Shown: piece by piece, positions 50,772-58,889 of the stretch
Position numbering within the stretch: position 1 is the first letter of the stretch
How the letters are laid out: the number at the start of each line of letters is the position of its first letter
NCBI GenBank assembly: GCA_964243215.1
Contig: CAXTES010000002.1
Coordinates: forward strand, 1-58,889
Direction: 5' to 3'
DNA length: 58,889 bases
Origin: an uncultured Microbacterium sp.
GTDB taxonomy: Bacteria; Actinomycetota; Actinomycetes; Actinomycetales; Microbacteriaceae
Notes under the pieces: model-generated
What the model was told of the DNA's origin: nothing
Database searches by the model: none
Seen by the model: only the letters and a program-made list of their open reading frames with translations
Made by a program: the position numbers and the translations under genes

Positions 50772-51659
50772 TCACACCAGGAAGATTCCGTCGAGTAGCC
50801 CCGGGTTGTGGGCATGGACGAGCACGAGGAACACGACGGCGTCGAACAGCAGGTGCACCGTCACGATGTAGGCGACCGACCTGGTCCGTACGAAGATGAA
50901 CGCCTGCAGCAGCGCGAACGGAATCGTCAGCGCCGGTCCCCACGCGCGGTACCCCAGTTCCCACAGGAACGACACGAACACGATCGCCTGCAGCAGATTC
51001 GCGGTGGCGTCGGCGAAATGCCGGCGCAGCAGCGCGAAGACGGTGCAGATGAAGAACAGCTCGTCCCAGATGCCGACCGCTCCGACACCGACGAACAGCC
51101 GGGCGATAAGCTCGGGCGTGGTCACCGCCGGCCAGTTCAGGTACACCCCGGACGTGATGAAGTAGAACGGCAGGATCAGCCATCCCAGGGCGAGCACCGT
51201 CGCGAGCCAGACCCACTGCAGTGCGCGCCACCTGCCACCGCCTCGCCAGGGGAAGCGGATCGCGGTGTCGCGGTACACGAAGCGGGAGATCGCGTACGGC
51301 ACGGCGACCGCGGCCCCCAGTGCCACGCCGAACCGGAGCATCGCGAGATTGTCGAGTTCGGCCTGGAGCGGGATCGCGCTGACGATGAGCAGACCCACCA
51401 CGACGAGCGAGAGATCGCGCGTCAGGCTGGGTGGGCGGGGATGGTCGGCCACGTCGGCCGCGGCGGCGGCGCGAGGACGCGCCCAGACGCGATCCAGCGC
51501 CGCGGCCATCAGCATCCCGGCCGCGAGCAGCACCCATCCGATCCACGCGACGCGGACGACGAAGAAGGCCGGCGCGGCTGCGCACACCAGCGCCGCCGGC
51601 ACGAGCCGAATCGAGATGACGGGCCGGATGCGCGCCGCGACGGTCACATCGGCCGGCAT
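50772..51659 (-). CDS. CPBP (CAAX/Abi) family intramembrane metalloprotease
   Basis: Multi-TM; IWDELFF, FVSFLWE, VHLLFD. Confidence 0.82.
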   Translation of the reverse strand: MPADVTVAARIRPVISIRLVPAALVCAAAPAFFVVRVAWIGWVLLAAGMLMAAALDRVWARPRAAAAADVADHPRPPSLTRDLSLVVVGLLIVSAIPLQAELDNLAMLRFGVALGAAVAVPYAISRFVYRDTAIRFPWRGGGRWRALQWVWLATVLALGWLILPFYFITSGVYLNWPAVTTPELIARLFVGVGAVGIWDELFFICTVFALLRRHFADATANLLQAIVFVSFLWELGYRAWGPALTIPFALLQAFIFVRTRSVAYIVTVHLLFDAVVFLVLVHAHNPGLLDGIFLV

Positions 51660-51660
51660 G

Positions 51661-52554
51661 TCACGGCTCCGCCGGAACGCGCACCGTGATCTCCTGCGCG
51701 ACGCTGGCCAGCAGCGCGCCGTCGCGGGCGAAGATCCGGCCGGTCGCCAGCCCGCGGCCACCGCGCGCGCTCGGTGACTCCTGCACGTACAGCATCCACT
51801 CGTCGACACGCCCGTCGCGGTGCCACCACATCGCATGATCGAGACTCGCGACCTTCAAGCCGGGGGTCGTCCACGCGACGCCGTGCGCGCGCAGGATCGA
51901 CTCCTGGATCGTCAGGTCGCTGAGGTACGCCAGCGCAGCGCGGTGGATCGACGGGTCGTCGGGCATCTTCGAGCGCGTACGCATCCAGACCGCCTGGTGG
52001 GGGATGCGTTCGCCCTCGACGCTCAGATAGATCGGCGGCGAAATGTGACGCAGTTCGACCGGGCGGTCGGCGAAGAGCCGTCTGCTCATCGGATGCAGGC
52101 CCGCGAGCCGGCTCTCGACATCGGGCAGCTCGTCCGGTCCCGGCACGTCGAGGGGCATCGGGGCCTGGTGCTCCAGACCCGGATCGGCGTCCTGGAACGA
52201 CGCGATCATCGAGAAGATCGGCACCCCGTGCTGGAACGCCTGCGTCCGACGTGTCGAGAACGACCGACCGTCGTGGATGCGATCGACGGCGAACGTGATC
52301 CCTTCATCCGCGTCGCCCGGGCGCAGGAAGTATCCGTGCATCGAGTGCGCCGCACGGTCGGGGGCGGTGGTGCGCGCCGCGGCCACGATCGACTGCGCGA
52401 GCACTTGCCCGCCGTAGACCCGGCCGAGCGGCATCGGCTGCGAGACGCCGGTGAAGATGTCTTCGGTGGTGCGGGCATCCGAGCTGGCCAGATCCAGTAC
52501 GCCGAGCATCGCGGCGACGGGGTCGACGTGCGGTGATCCGGCAGCATCGGCCAC
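51661..52554 (-). CDS. tesB: Acyl-CoA thioesterase II
   Basis: RVYGGQVLAQS, HSMHGYFLRPG, DGRSFSTR, AYLSD, ASLDHAMWWH, SVAQE. Confidence 0.93.
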   Translation of the reverse strand: MADAAGSPHVDPVAAMLGVLDLASSDARTTEDIFTGVSQPMPLGRVYGGQVLAQSIVAAARTTAPDRAAHSMHGYFLRPGDADEGITFAVDRIHDGRSFSTRRTQAFQHGVPIFSMIASFQDADPGLEHQAPMPLDVPGPDELPDVESRLAGLHPMSRRLFADRPVELRHISPPIYLSVEGERIPHQAVWMRTRSKMPDDPSIHRAALAYLSDLTIQESILRAHGVAWTTPGLKVASLDHAMWWHRDGRVDEWMLYVQESPSARGGRGLATGRIFARDGALLASVAQEITVRVPAEP

Positions 52555-52609
52555 TGCAGCTCCCGTCTTCGTGCGGCACGCGCGTGCGCCGCTTGGTAGT
52601 TTAAGGCGG

Positions 52610-53281
52610 ATGTCGCAGCGCCTCGTGTTCCCCGACCCGCAGGCAGCCGCAGACGTGCTGACCTTCGCCGGCCGGGCCGCGAGGCTCGGCGACACGGCGG
52701 TGCGGCTGCAGGCGAAAGGCGGGACACTCGTCGTCACGACCGCGGCCCTCGCTCCCCGGAGCCTGCTCGACGCCACCCCGACAGTACTGGCGATGCGGAT
52801 GCTGCCGGTGGACGCCGAACTGGAGTGCGACCTCGCCGTCGCGGCATCCGCTCTGTCGGTCGCGCCCGGCGACCCCGCCGCCGTGGTGCTCCCGGAGACC
52901 GGACTCGCCCCGGCGTGGGCGGGGATCGCTCCGCCGCGGGGCGGGTGGGCCCCCACCGGGCAGATCGTGGCTTCGGTGCTGGCATCACGCGCGCAGTGGG
53001 GGATCACCGCGGTCGCGGACCGGTTGCCGACGGATGCCGGCGACGACGTCGTGCGCGCCATCCGCGCCGAGGTCTGGGGTCGACCGGACGACGCGCTGCA
53101 CGGGATGCCCCTCGGCGCGGCGTTCGCCGCGTTCGCCCTCGGGTTCATCGGGGGCGACGAAACCGCCCCGATACTGTCGTCCGGCGCGTGGACGCGGATC
53201 ACCCTGGTGCGCGGGCACGTGCTGGTGCGCGGACCCGTCGCGTCCGGCCTGACACCGGTGCGCCGCACCGGCCCGGCATGA
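52610..53281 (+). CDS. Conserved actinobacterial hypothetical protein
   Basis: WAGIAPPRGGW, AAFAAFALGF, WTRI...RG motifs; TAGTTT -10 leaderless. Confidence 0.8.
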   Translation: MSQRLVFPDPQAAADVLTFAGRAARLGDTAVRLQAKGGTLVVTTAALAPRSLLDATPTVLAMRMLPVDAELECDLAVAASALSVAPGDPAAVVLPETGLAPAWAGIAPPRGGWAPTGQIVASVLASRAQWGITAVADRLPTDAGDDVVRAIRAEVWGRPDDALHGMPLGAAFAAFALGFIGGDETAPILSSGAWTRITLVRGHVLVRGPVASGLTPVRRTGPA

Positions 53282-53333
53282 CCGGTGCGGATGACGGGGC
53301 GCCGAGCGGGCCGCGCGGTGGCAAACTGACCGC

Positions 53334-54341
53334 GTGACAGTCATCGACAACGCGATCTACCTCGAGGGGCGGCGCGTGGCCACACCCGCCGACCTGCACG
53401 ACACCTCCGAGGCGCTGGCGAGCAACGGCGGATTCGCGTGGATCGGCCTGTACCGCCCCGACGGGCTCGAACTGGCTGTCGTCGCGAACGAGTTCGAGCT
53501 GCATCCGCTCGCCGTCGAGGATGCCTTCGTCGGTCATCAGCGGGCCAAGCTCGATCGGTACGGCGACACCCGCTTCGTCGTGCTCCGACCGGCCCGCTAC
53601 ATCGATGCGGACGAGCGCGTCGAGTTCGGCGAGGTCGAGATCTTCGTCGGCACCGACTTCGTCATCGCGGTGCGCCACGCCGAGGCGCCCAACCTCGCTG
53701 TGGTCCGGCACCGGCTGGAGCAGTCGCCGGAACTTCTCGCCCGCGGCCCGCTAGGAGTCCTGTACGCGATCATGGACCAGGTCGTCGACGACTACGCCCC
53801 GGTGATCGACGGCCTCGAGCACGACATCGATGAGATCGAGATGCAGCTGTTCACCGGCGACCCGGATGTGACCAAGCGCATCTACGACCTGTCCGGCGAG
53901 ATCATGGACATCCAGCGGGCGGTGCGTCCGCTGGTGGGGATCATCACCTCGATCCGAGCCGATCTCGAGGCCCGTCACGGCAAGCAGGACTCCGCCCTCG
54001 AGCTGCGCCGTTCGCTGCGGGACGTGCTCGATCACGTCATCCGTGTCGTGGAGAAGGTCGAGGAGTTCCGCCTGACGCTGCAGAACGCGCTGACCGTGCA
54101 CGCCACCCTGGTCGCTCAGCGGCAGAACGAGAACAGCCTCGCGCAGTCCGAGCAGACCAAGAAGATCTCCAGCTGGGCGGCGATCATCTTCGCGCCGTCG
54201 TTGATCACCGGGATCTACGGCATGAACTTCGTCAACATGCCGGAGCTGAACTGGGCGTGGGGCTACCCGGTCGTGCTGCTGCTGATGCTCGCCTTCGCCG
54301 TGTCGCTCTACGTCGTGTTCAAGTCCCGCAACTGGCTTTAG
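53334..54341 (+). CDS. corA: CorA magnesium/cobalt transporter
   Basis: LHPLAVED, HQRAK, GIYGMNF, MPELNW.WGY. Confidence 0.95.
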   Translation: MTVIDNAIYLEGRRVATPADLHDTSEALASNGGFAWIGLYRPDGLELAVVANEFELHPLAVEDAFVGHQRAKLDRYGDTRFVVLRPARYIDADERVEFGEVEIFVGTDFVIAVRHAEAPNLAVVRHRLEQSPELLARGPLGVLYAIMDQVVDDYAPVIDGLEHDIDEIEMQLFTGDPDVTKRIYDLSGEIMDIQRAVRPLVGIITSIRADLEARHGKQDSALELRRSLRDVLDHVIRVVEKVEEFRLTLQNALTVHATLVAQRQNENSLAQSEQTKKISSWAAIIFAPSLITGIYGMNFVNMPELNWAWGYPVVLLLMLAFAVSLYVVFKSRNWL

Positions 54342-54344
54342 GCG

Positions 54345-56018
54345 CTAGACCGCCGCCGCGGCGGCCGCACCGGCGATCCGGCCGGAGAACAGGCATCCGC
54401 CCAGGAACGTGCCCTCGAGGGCCCGGTACCCGTGCATCCCGCCGCCGCCGAACCCGCTCGCCTCGCCGGCGGCGTACAGGCCCGGAATCGGCTCGCCGTC
54501 CGATCCGAGCGCCCGCGCCGAGAGGTCGGTCTCGAGCCCGCCGAGCGACTTGCGGGTCAGCACGTGGAGCTTGACGGCGATGAGCGGCCCCGCGGCGGGA
54601 TCCAGGATGCGGTGCGGCGTCGCCGTGCGGATCAGCCGGTCGCCCCGGAACGCCCGGGCCGAGCGAAGCATCGCGATCTGGGCGTCCTTGCTGAAGTCGT
54701 TGTCCATCTCGCGGTCGCGGGCGTGCACCTCGAGGCGGACCCGGTCGGCGTCGAGCACCTCGCCGCCGGGCAGCGCCGTCATCCCGGCGATGAGATCGTC
54801 CAGGTCGTCGCGCACCACGAAGTCGGCGCCCGAGTCGAGGAACGCCTGCACCGGACCCGCCGCGCCCTTGCCGAGTCGTGACCGCAGCAGCAGCCGCACG
54901 TCTTTGCCGGTCAGGTCGGGGTTCTGCTCGCTGCCGGACAGCGTGAACTCCTTCTCGACGATGCGGCGCGACAGCACGAACCAGGAGTGGTCGTAGCCGG
55001 TGCGCCGCAGGTGGGCGAGGGTACCCAGGGTGTCGAACCCGGGAAACAGGGGCACCGGCAGCCGGGCGCCGGTGGCGTCGAGCCACAGCGACGACGGTCC
55101 TGGCAGGATGCGGATGCCGTGACCGGGCCACACCGGATCCCAGTTGCGGATGCCCTCGACGTAGTGCCACATCCGGTCCTCGTTGATCACCCGTGCGCCG
55201 GCCGCCTGGCCGACGGTCAGCATGGACCCGTCCACGTATGCCGGGACGCCGGCGACCATCGTTTCGGGCGGGGTGCCCAGCCGGGCCGGCCAGTTGCGAC
55301 GGACCAGATCGTGGTTGCCGCCGATGCCGCCGGCCGCGATCACGACGGCGCCCGCGGTGATCTCGAACGATCCGACGACCTCGCGGGATGTCGACACCCC
55401 GCGAGCGGCACCGGACGGTGCCAGCACGTCGCCGGCGGCGCCCGTCACGACGCCGCCCGACACCGTGAGCGCGGTGACGCGATGTCGACCCATGATGACC
55501 GCTCGGCCGTCGGCTTCACCCTCCTCGACCGCCTTCTGGAACGGCGCGACGATGCCCGGCCCGGTGCCCCAGGTGATGTGGAAACGCGGCACCGAGTTGC
55601 CCGGTCCGGTCGCGGTGTAGCCGCCGCGCTCGGCCCATCCGACCACCGGGAAGAAACCGACGCCGTGCTGGCGCAGCCAGGTCCGCTTCTCGCCGTCGGC
55701 GAATTGCAGGTACGCCTCCGCCCACCGCCGGGGCCAGGCATCCTCGTCGCGGTCGAATCCGGCGGTGCCGAACCAGTCCTGGCGGGCCAGTTCGAGCGAG
55801 TCCGAAACGCCCAGTCGCCGTTGCTCGGGCGAATCGATGAAGAAGAGGCCGCCGAACGACCACCATGCCTGACCGCCGAGGTTCGTGCGCGGTTCTTGAT
55901 CGACGACGATGACGCGTCTGCCCGCCGCGACTGCCTCCGACGCCGCGACCAGCCCGGCCAGTCCCCATCCGATGATGAGGACGTCGGTGTTGTGCCGGGT
56001 GGTGGGGATGCCGTTCAT
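54345..56018 (-). CDS. FAD-binding dehydrogenase (KsdD-like family)
   Basis: [48 protein letters not shown]. Confidence 0.9.
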   Translation of the reverse strand: MNGIPTTRHNTDVLIIGWGLAGLVAASEAVAAGRRVIVVDQEPRTNLGGQAWWSFGGLFFIDSPEQRRLGVSDSLELARQDWFGTAGFDRDEDAWPRRWAEAYLQFADGEKRTWLRQHGVGFFPVVGWAERGGYTATGPGNSVPRFHITWGTGPGIVAPFQKAVEEGEADGRAVIMGRHRVTALTVSGGVVTGAAGDVLAPSGAARGVSTSREVVGSFEITAGAVVIAAGGIGGNHDLVRRNWPARLGTPPETMVAGVPAYVDGSMLTVGQAAGARVINEDRMWHYVEGIRNWDPVWPGHGIRILPGPSSLWLDATGARLPVPLFPGFDTLGTLAHLRRTGYDHSWFVLSRRIVEKEFTLSGSEQNPDLTGKDVRLLLRSRLGKGAAGPVQAFLDSGADFVVRDDLDDLIAGMTALPGGEVLDADRVRLEVHARDREMDNDFSKDAQIAMLRSARAFRGDRLIRTATPHRILDPAAGPLIAVKLHVLTRKSLGGLETDLSARALGSDGEPIPGLYAAGEASGFGGGGMHGYRALEGTFLGGCLFSGRIAGAAAAAAV

Positions 56019-56479
56019 GCCGGTTCGTCCGTCGCCGCCGTGATATCCAGTCCGCCGCTACGGCCGGCGGCCGCGGGGCCGATGCCGGCGGGCTCGAACG
56101 TGTTGACCATCGCGAAAGCAGCGCGCTGCAGGTAGTCCCACAGCGTCGCCTCGTGCAGCGGGGACAGACCCAGTTCGTCGACGGCGGCGCGCATGTGGTG
56201 CAGCCAGTGGTCGCGCGCCGTCGGGTCGACGTGGAACGGCAGGTGACGCATCCGAAGCCGGGGATGCCCGCGCTGCTGGCTGTACGTCGTCGGGCCGCCC
56301 CAGTACTGCTCCAGGAACATCCGCAGCCGCTCCTTCGCACCGTCGAGCTGTTCCTCCGGGTACATCGGGCGCAGCACCGCGTCCTCGGCGACACCGCGGT
56401 AGAAGGCGTCGACCAGGCGGACGAACGTGTCATGCCCGCCCACTTCGTCGTAGAAGCTGAGGAACGAGTCGGCCGTCAC
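56015..56479 (-). CDS. glbO: Group II truncated hemoglobin
   Basis: [31 protein letters not shown]. Confidence 0.93.
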   Translation of the reverse strand: MTADSFLSFYDEVGGHDTFVRLVDAFYRGVAEDAVLRPMYPEEQLDGAKERLRMFLEQYWGGPTTYSQQRGHPRLRMRHLPFHVDPTARDHWLHHMRAAVDELGLSPLHEATLWDYLQRAAFAMVNTFEPAGIGPAAAGRSGGLDITAATDEPA

Positions 56480-57534
56480 GGCGTCGAACCCCCGTCGCTG
56501 GGCGGAACGTGCGGGTCGGCTTTGCCGATCTTCTTGGGCCGCCACGCCGGCCGCTCGATCGGCGGCACCGGATTGGGCTTGGTCTTCGGCGGGTTCGCGC
56601 CGCGCACGCGTTGGGCCCCCTCCAGACCCGTCAGCGTGATCGAGTTCAGCTGCGGCAGCTTCAGTCCCATTCCGTCGATCGCGTTCTTCAGGCGCATCCG
56701 CAGCTCACGGGCCACATCGTCTTTCGCGTTGGCGCGGGTCTTCATCACGAGCCGGGTCACCAGCGCATCGCCGGTGACCGACTCGAGCCCCCAGACCTCC
56801 GGCTGCTCGATGATGCGCGAGCGCCACTTCGGATCCTTCGCGAGTGCTTTCGCGGCGGCCAGCAGGCTCTTTTCGACCTCGGTGATGTCGGCATCCACCG
56901 GAACGGCGAGGTCGATGATGACCCGCGACCAGCCCTGCGACATGTTGCCGATGCGCAGGATCTCGCCGTTGCGGACGTACCACAGCGTGCCGTTGACGTC
57001 GCGGATGTGCGTGACCCTGACGCTGACGTACTCGACGATGCCGGTGGCCAGGCCCACATCCACCACGTCGCCGATGCCGACCTGGTCCTCGGCGACGAGG
57101 AAGATGCCGTTGAGCACGTCTTTGACGATGTTCTGCGCCCCGAACCCGAGTCCGGCGCCGATCGCCGCGGTCAGCAGCGTGAGCGATCCCAGGGCGGTCG
57201 GGGCGAGGGTGTTGACGATCAGCAGCAGCACGATCAGGACGATCGTGACGTTGACGATGTTCTGCAGGATCGATCCGAGCGTCCGGGTGCGCTGGACCAG
57301 ACGCAGCTGGTTCAGCGGCGAGTGCTCGAGCGCCCGGGTGTCGTCGACGTTGGCGCGGCCCTTGGCCCCGTTGACGACGCGGGCAACGATCCGCCGGATC
57401 ACCAGCCGCAGGATCCATGCCAGCAGCACGCCGCCGACGATGATCCCCAGGACGATCAGGGCGTTCACGCCGGCCGCCGCGAAGAACGCCGCGACATCCG
57501 CCCACGGATTCGGCTGCGTCACCTCGAGGTTCAC
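56476..57534 (-). CDS. mscS: Small-conductance mechanosensitive channel family protein
   Basis: [36 protein letters not shown]. Confidence 0.92.
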   Translation of the reverse strand: MNLEVTQPNPWADVAAFFAAAGVNALIVLGIIVGGVLLAWILRLVIRRIVARVVNGAKGRANVDDTRALEHSPLNQLRLVQRTRTLGSILQNIVNVTIVLIVLLLIVNTLAPTALGSLTLLTAAIGAGLGFGAQNIVKDVLNGIFLVAEDQVGIGDVVDVGLATGIVEYVSVRVTHIRDVNGTLWYVRNGEILRIGNMSQGWSRVIIDLAVPVDADITEVEKSLLAAAKALAKDPKWRSRIIEQPEVWGLESVTGDALVTRLVMKTRANAKDDVARELRMRLKNAIDGMGLKLPQLNSITLTGLEGAQRVRGANPPKTKPNPVPPIERPAWRPKKIGKADPHVPPSDGGSTP

Positions 57535-57539
57535 CGTCG

Positions 57540-58889
57540 CTACTCCGCGTCGCGCTCCTGCACGGCGAGAGCCCGTTCCACACCGGCGAGGTTCTCTTCG
57601 ACGAGACGGCGCAGGGCGGGAGGCGCGTCGACGTGGTCGGCGAGCCAGCCGCGGGTGGCGTCTCGGAGGGCGGCGTCGGCCAGCGGCGCGGGATACAGCC
57701 CGTCCACGAGGTACTGCGCGATCTGATAGGTGCGGGACTGCCAGATCTGCTCGAGCATCTCGAAGTACGGCGCGACGTAGGCGGCGAGCAGATCCCGGCC
57801 GGCCGGATGGACGAAACCGAGCGCGGCAGAGCGCAACACGGTGTTCGGCAGGTTCGCGTCGCCGACGAGCGTGTCCCACGCGGCGCGCTTGGCCTCGGCG
57901 GTCGGCAGCGCCGCGCGAGCCTGGGCTGCGAACTCGCCGCCTTTCGCGGTGTTGTCCGCCGTCAGCGCCTCATCGATGTCGGCGGCCGTCACGACGCCCC
58001 CGGCTGCGAGCGACACCAGCAGCTGCCACGACAGGTCGGTGTCGATCGTGAGACCGTCCAGCGCTATCTCGCCGTCGCGCAGCGCGCGCACGATCTGCCA
58101 CTGCGACGGTGTGGATGCCGCGCTGGCGAACGCGGTCACGAACTGCAACTGGCTGTCGCTGCCGGCCTGCGCTGCCTGCGCGAGCGCCCAGAGGCCGTCG
58201 GCGACCTTCTCACGGGTCGCGTCGCGGTGCGCGGGAGTGACGTACGAGTTCGCGGCGAGTTGCAGCTGCGCCAGGGTGGTGCGCACCGTCGTGGATTCGG
58301 TCTCGGCCCCGATGTTGCGCAGGACCAGGTCGAGGTAATCGCTGGGGGATGCCTCGGCATCCCGGGTCTGATCCCACGCCGCGCCCCAAACCAGAGAGCG
58401 GGCGAGCGGGTCGGAGATGGCGGACAGGTGGGCGATCGCGGTGCGCAGCGACCGCGCGTCGAGGCGGATCTTGGCGTAGGCGAGGTCTTCATCGTTGAGC
58501 AGGACCAGGTCGGGGCGTGCGATCCCCTTCAACTCGGCGACATCGGTGCGGTCGCCGTCGACGTCGAGCTCGATGCGGTGCACGCGCACCAGCGCGCCGT
58601 CGTCGAGGCTGTAGAAGCCGACGCCGAGCCGGTGCGGGCGGATGGTCGGGTAGTCGGCGGGCGCGGTCTGCACGATCGCGAATCGCGAGATGCGACCGTC
58701 GGCGGACTCCTCGATGAGCGGTGACAGCGTGTTCACGCCGGCTGTCTCGAGCCACTTCTTCGACCAGCCCGACAGCTCGCGTCCGCTCGTGGTCTCCACT
58801 TCGGCGAGCAGGTCGGCGAGCTCGGTGTTGGACCACTCGTGCTTCGCGAAGTACGCCGCGACCCCGGCGAAGAACTGCTCGATACCCAC
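57540..58889 (-). CDS. pepN: Aminopeptidase N, C-terminal part (5' end outside window)
   Basis: WLETAGVNTL, RPHRLGVG.Y, LLNDEDLAYAK; typical pepN-mscS-glbO synteny. Confidence 0.92.
   Translation of the reverse strand: MGIEQFFAGVAAYFAKHEWSNTELADLLAEVETTSGRELSGWSKKWLETAGVNTLSPLIEESADGRISRFAIVQTAPADYPTIRPHRLGVGFYSLDDGALVRVHRIELDVDGDRTDVAELKGIARPDLVLLNDEDLAYAKIRLDARSLRTAIAHLSAISDPLARSLVWGAAWDQTRDAEASPSDYLDLVLRNIGAETESTTVRTTLAQLQLAANSYVTPAHRDATREKVADGLWALAQAAQAGSDSQLQFVTAFASAASTPSQWQIVRALRDGEIALDGLTIDTDLSWQLLVSLAAGGVVTAADIDEALTADNTAKGGEFAAQARAALPTAEAKRAAWDTLVGDANLPNTVLRSAALGFVHPAGRDLLAAYVAPYFEMLEQIWQSRTYQIAQYLVDGLYPAPLADAALRDATRGWLADHVDAPPALRRLVEENLAGVERALAVQERDAE

Noticed and set aside
50772-51659. 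CAAX/'Abi' protein as anti-phage or bacteriocin immunity system
   Set aside because: The family name is historical; no bacteriocin or defence neighbours, and it sits directly behind tesB.

Overview
High-GC (~70%) actinobacterial chromosome segment; gene content and order fit Microbacteriaceae (Microbacterium-like, inferred). It is almost all core genome: rpsP-khpA-rimM-trmD, pyk, map, rplS-lepB-rnhB, a DUF2469 gene (opposite strand), yraN-comM-dprA-xerC, an accessory-looking SGNH/zwf/GH15 block, M23 peptidase, rpsB-tsf-pyrH-frr-cdsA, DivIVA/transglycosylase, glgB-glgE-glgX, iscS-mnmA-ligA-gatCAB-dinB, clpS, tRNA-His, orn, tRNA-Arg(TCT), ssb, ettA, thioesterases, corA, glbO, mscS and a partial pepN. 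I see no prophage, transposase, CRISPR array or defence island. The most interesting signals lie below gene level: (1) the non-palindromic heptamer GGCATCC/GGATGCC occurs about 100 times by manual scan, often through disfavoured codons (DUS/HIP/Chi-like); (2) a kissing-loop two-hairpin leader upstream of rplS; (3) PafBC-type TGTCGG-N10-TAnnnT promoters at dinB, ligA and an unannotated small gene; (4) a 6x21-bp tandem repeat abutting the dinB promoter; (5) two convergent, apparently related small proteins between tRNA-Arg and ssb. Starts were adjusted from the ORF track using RBS, -10 and overlap evidence; functional calls come from motif recognition without database searches.
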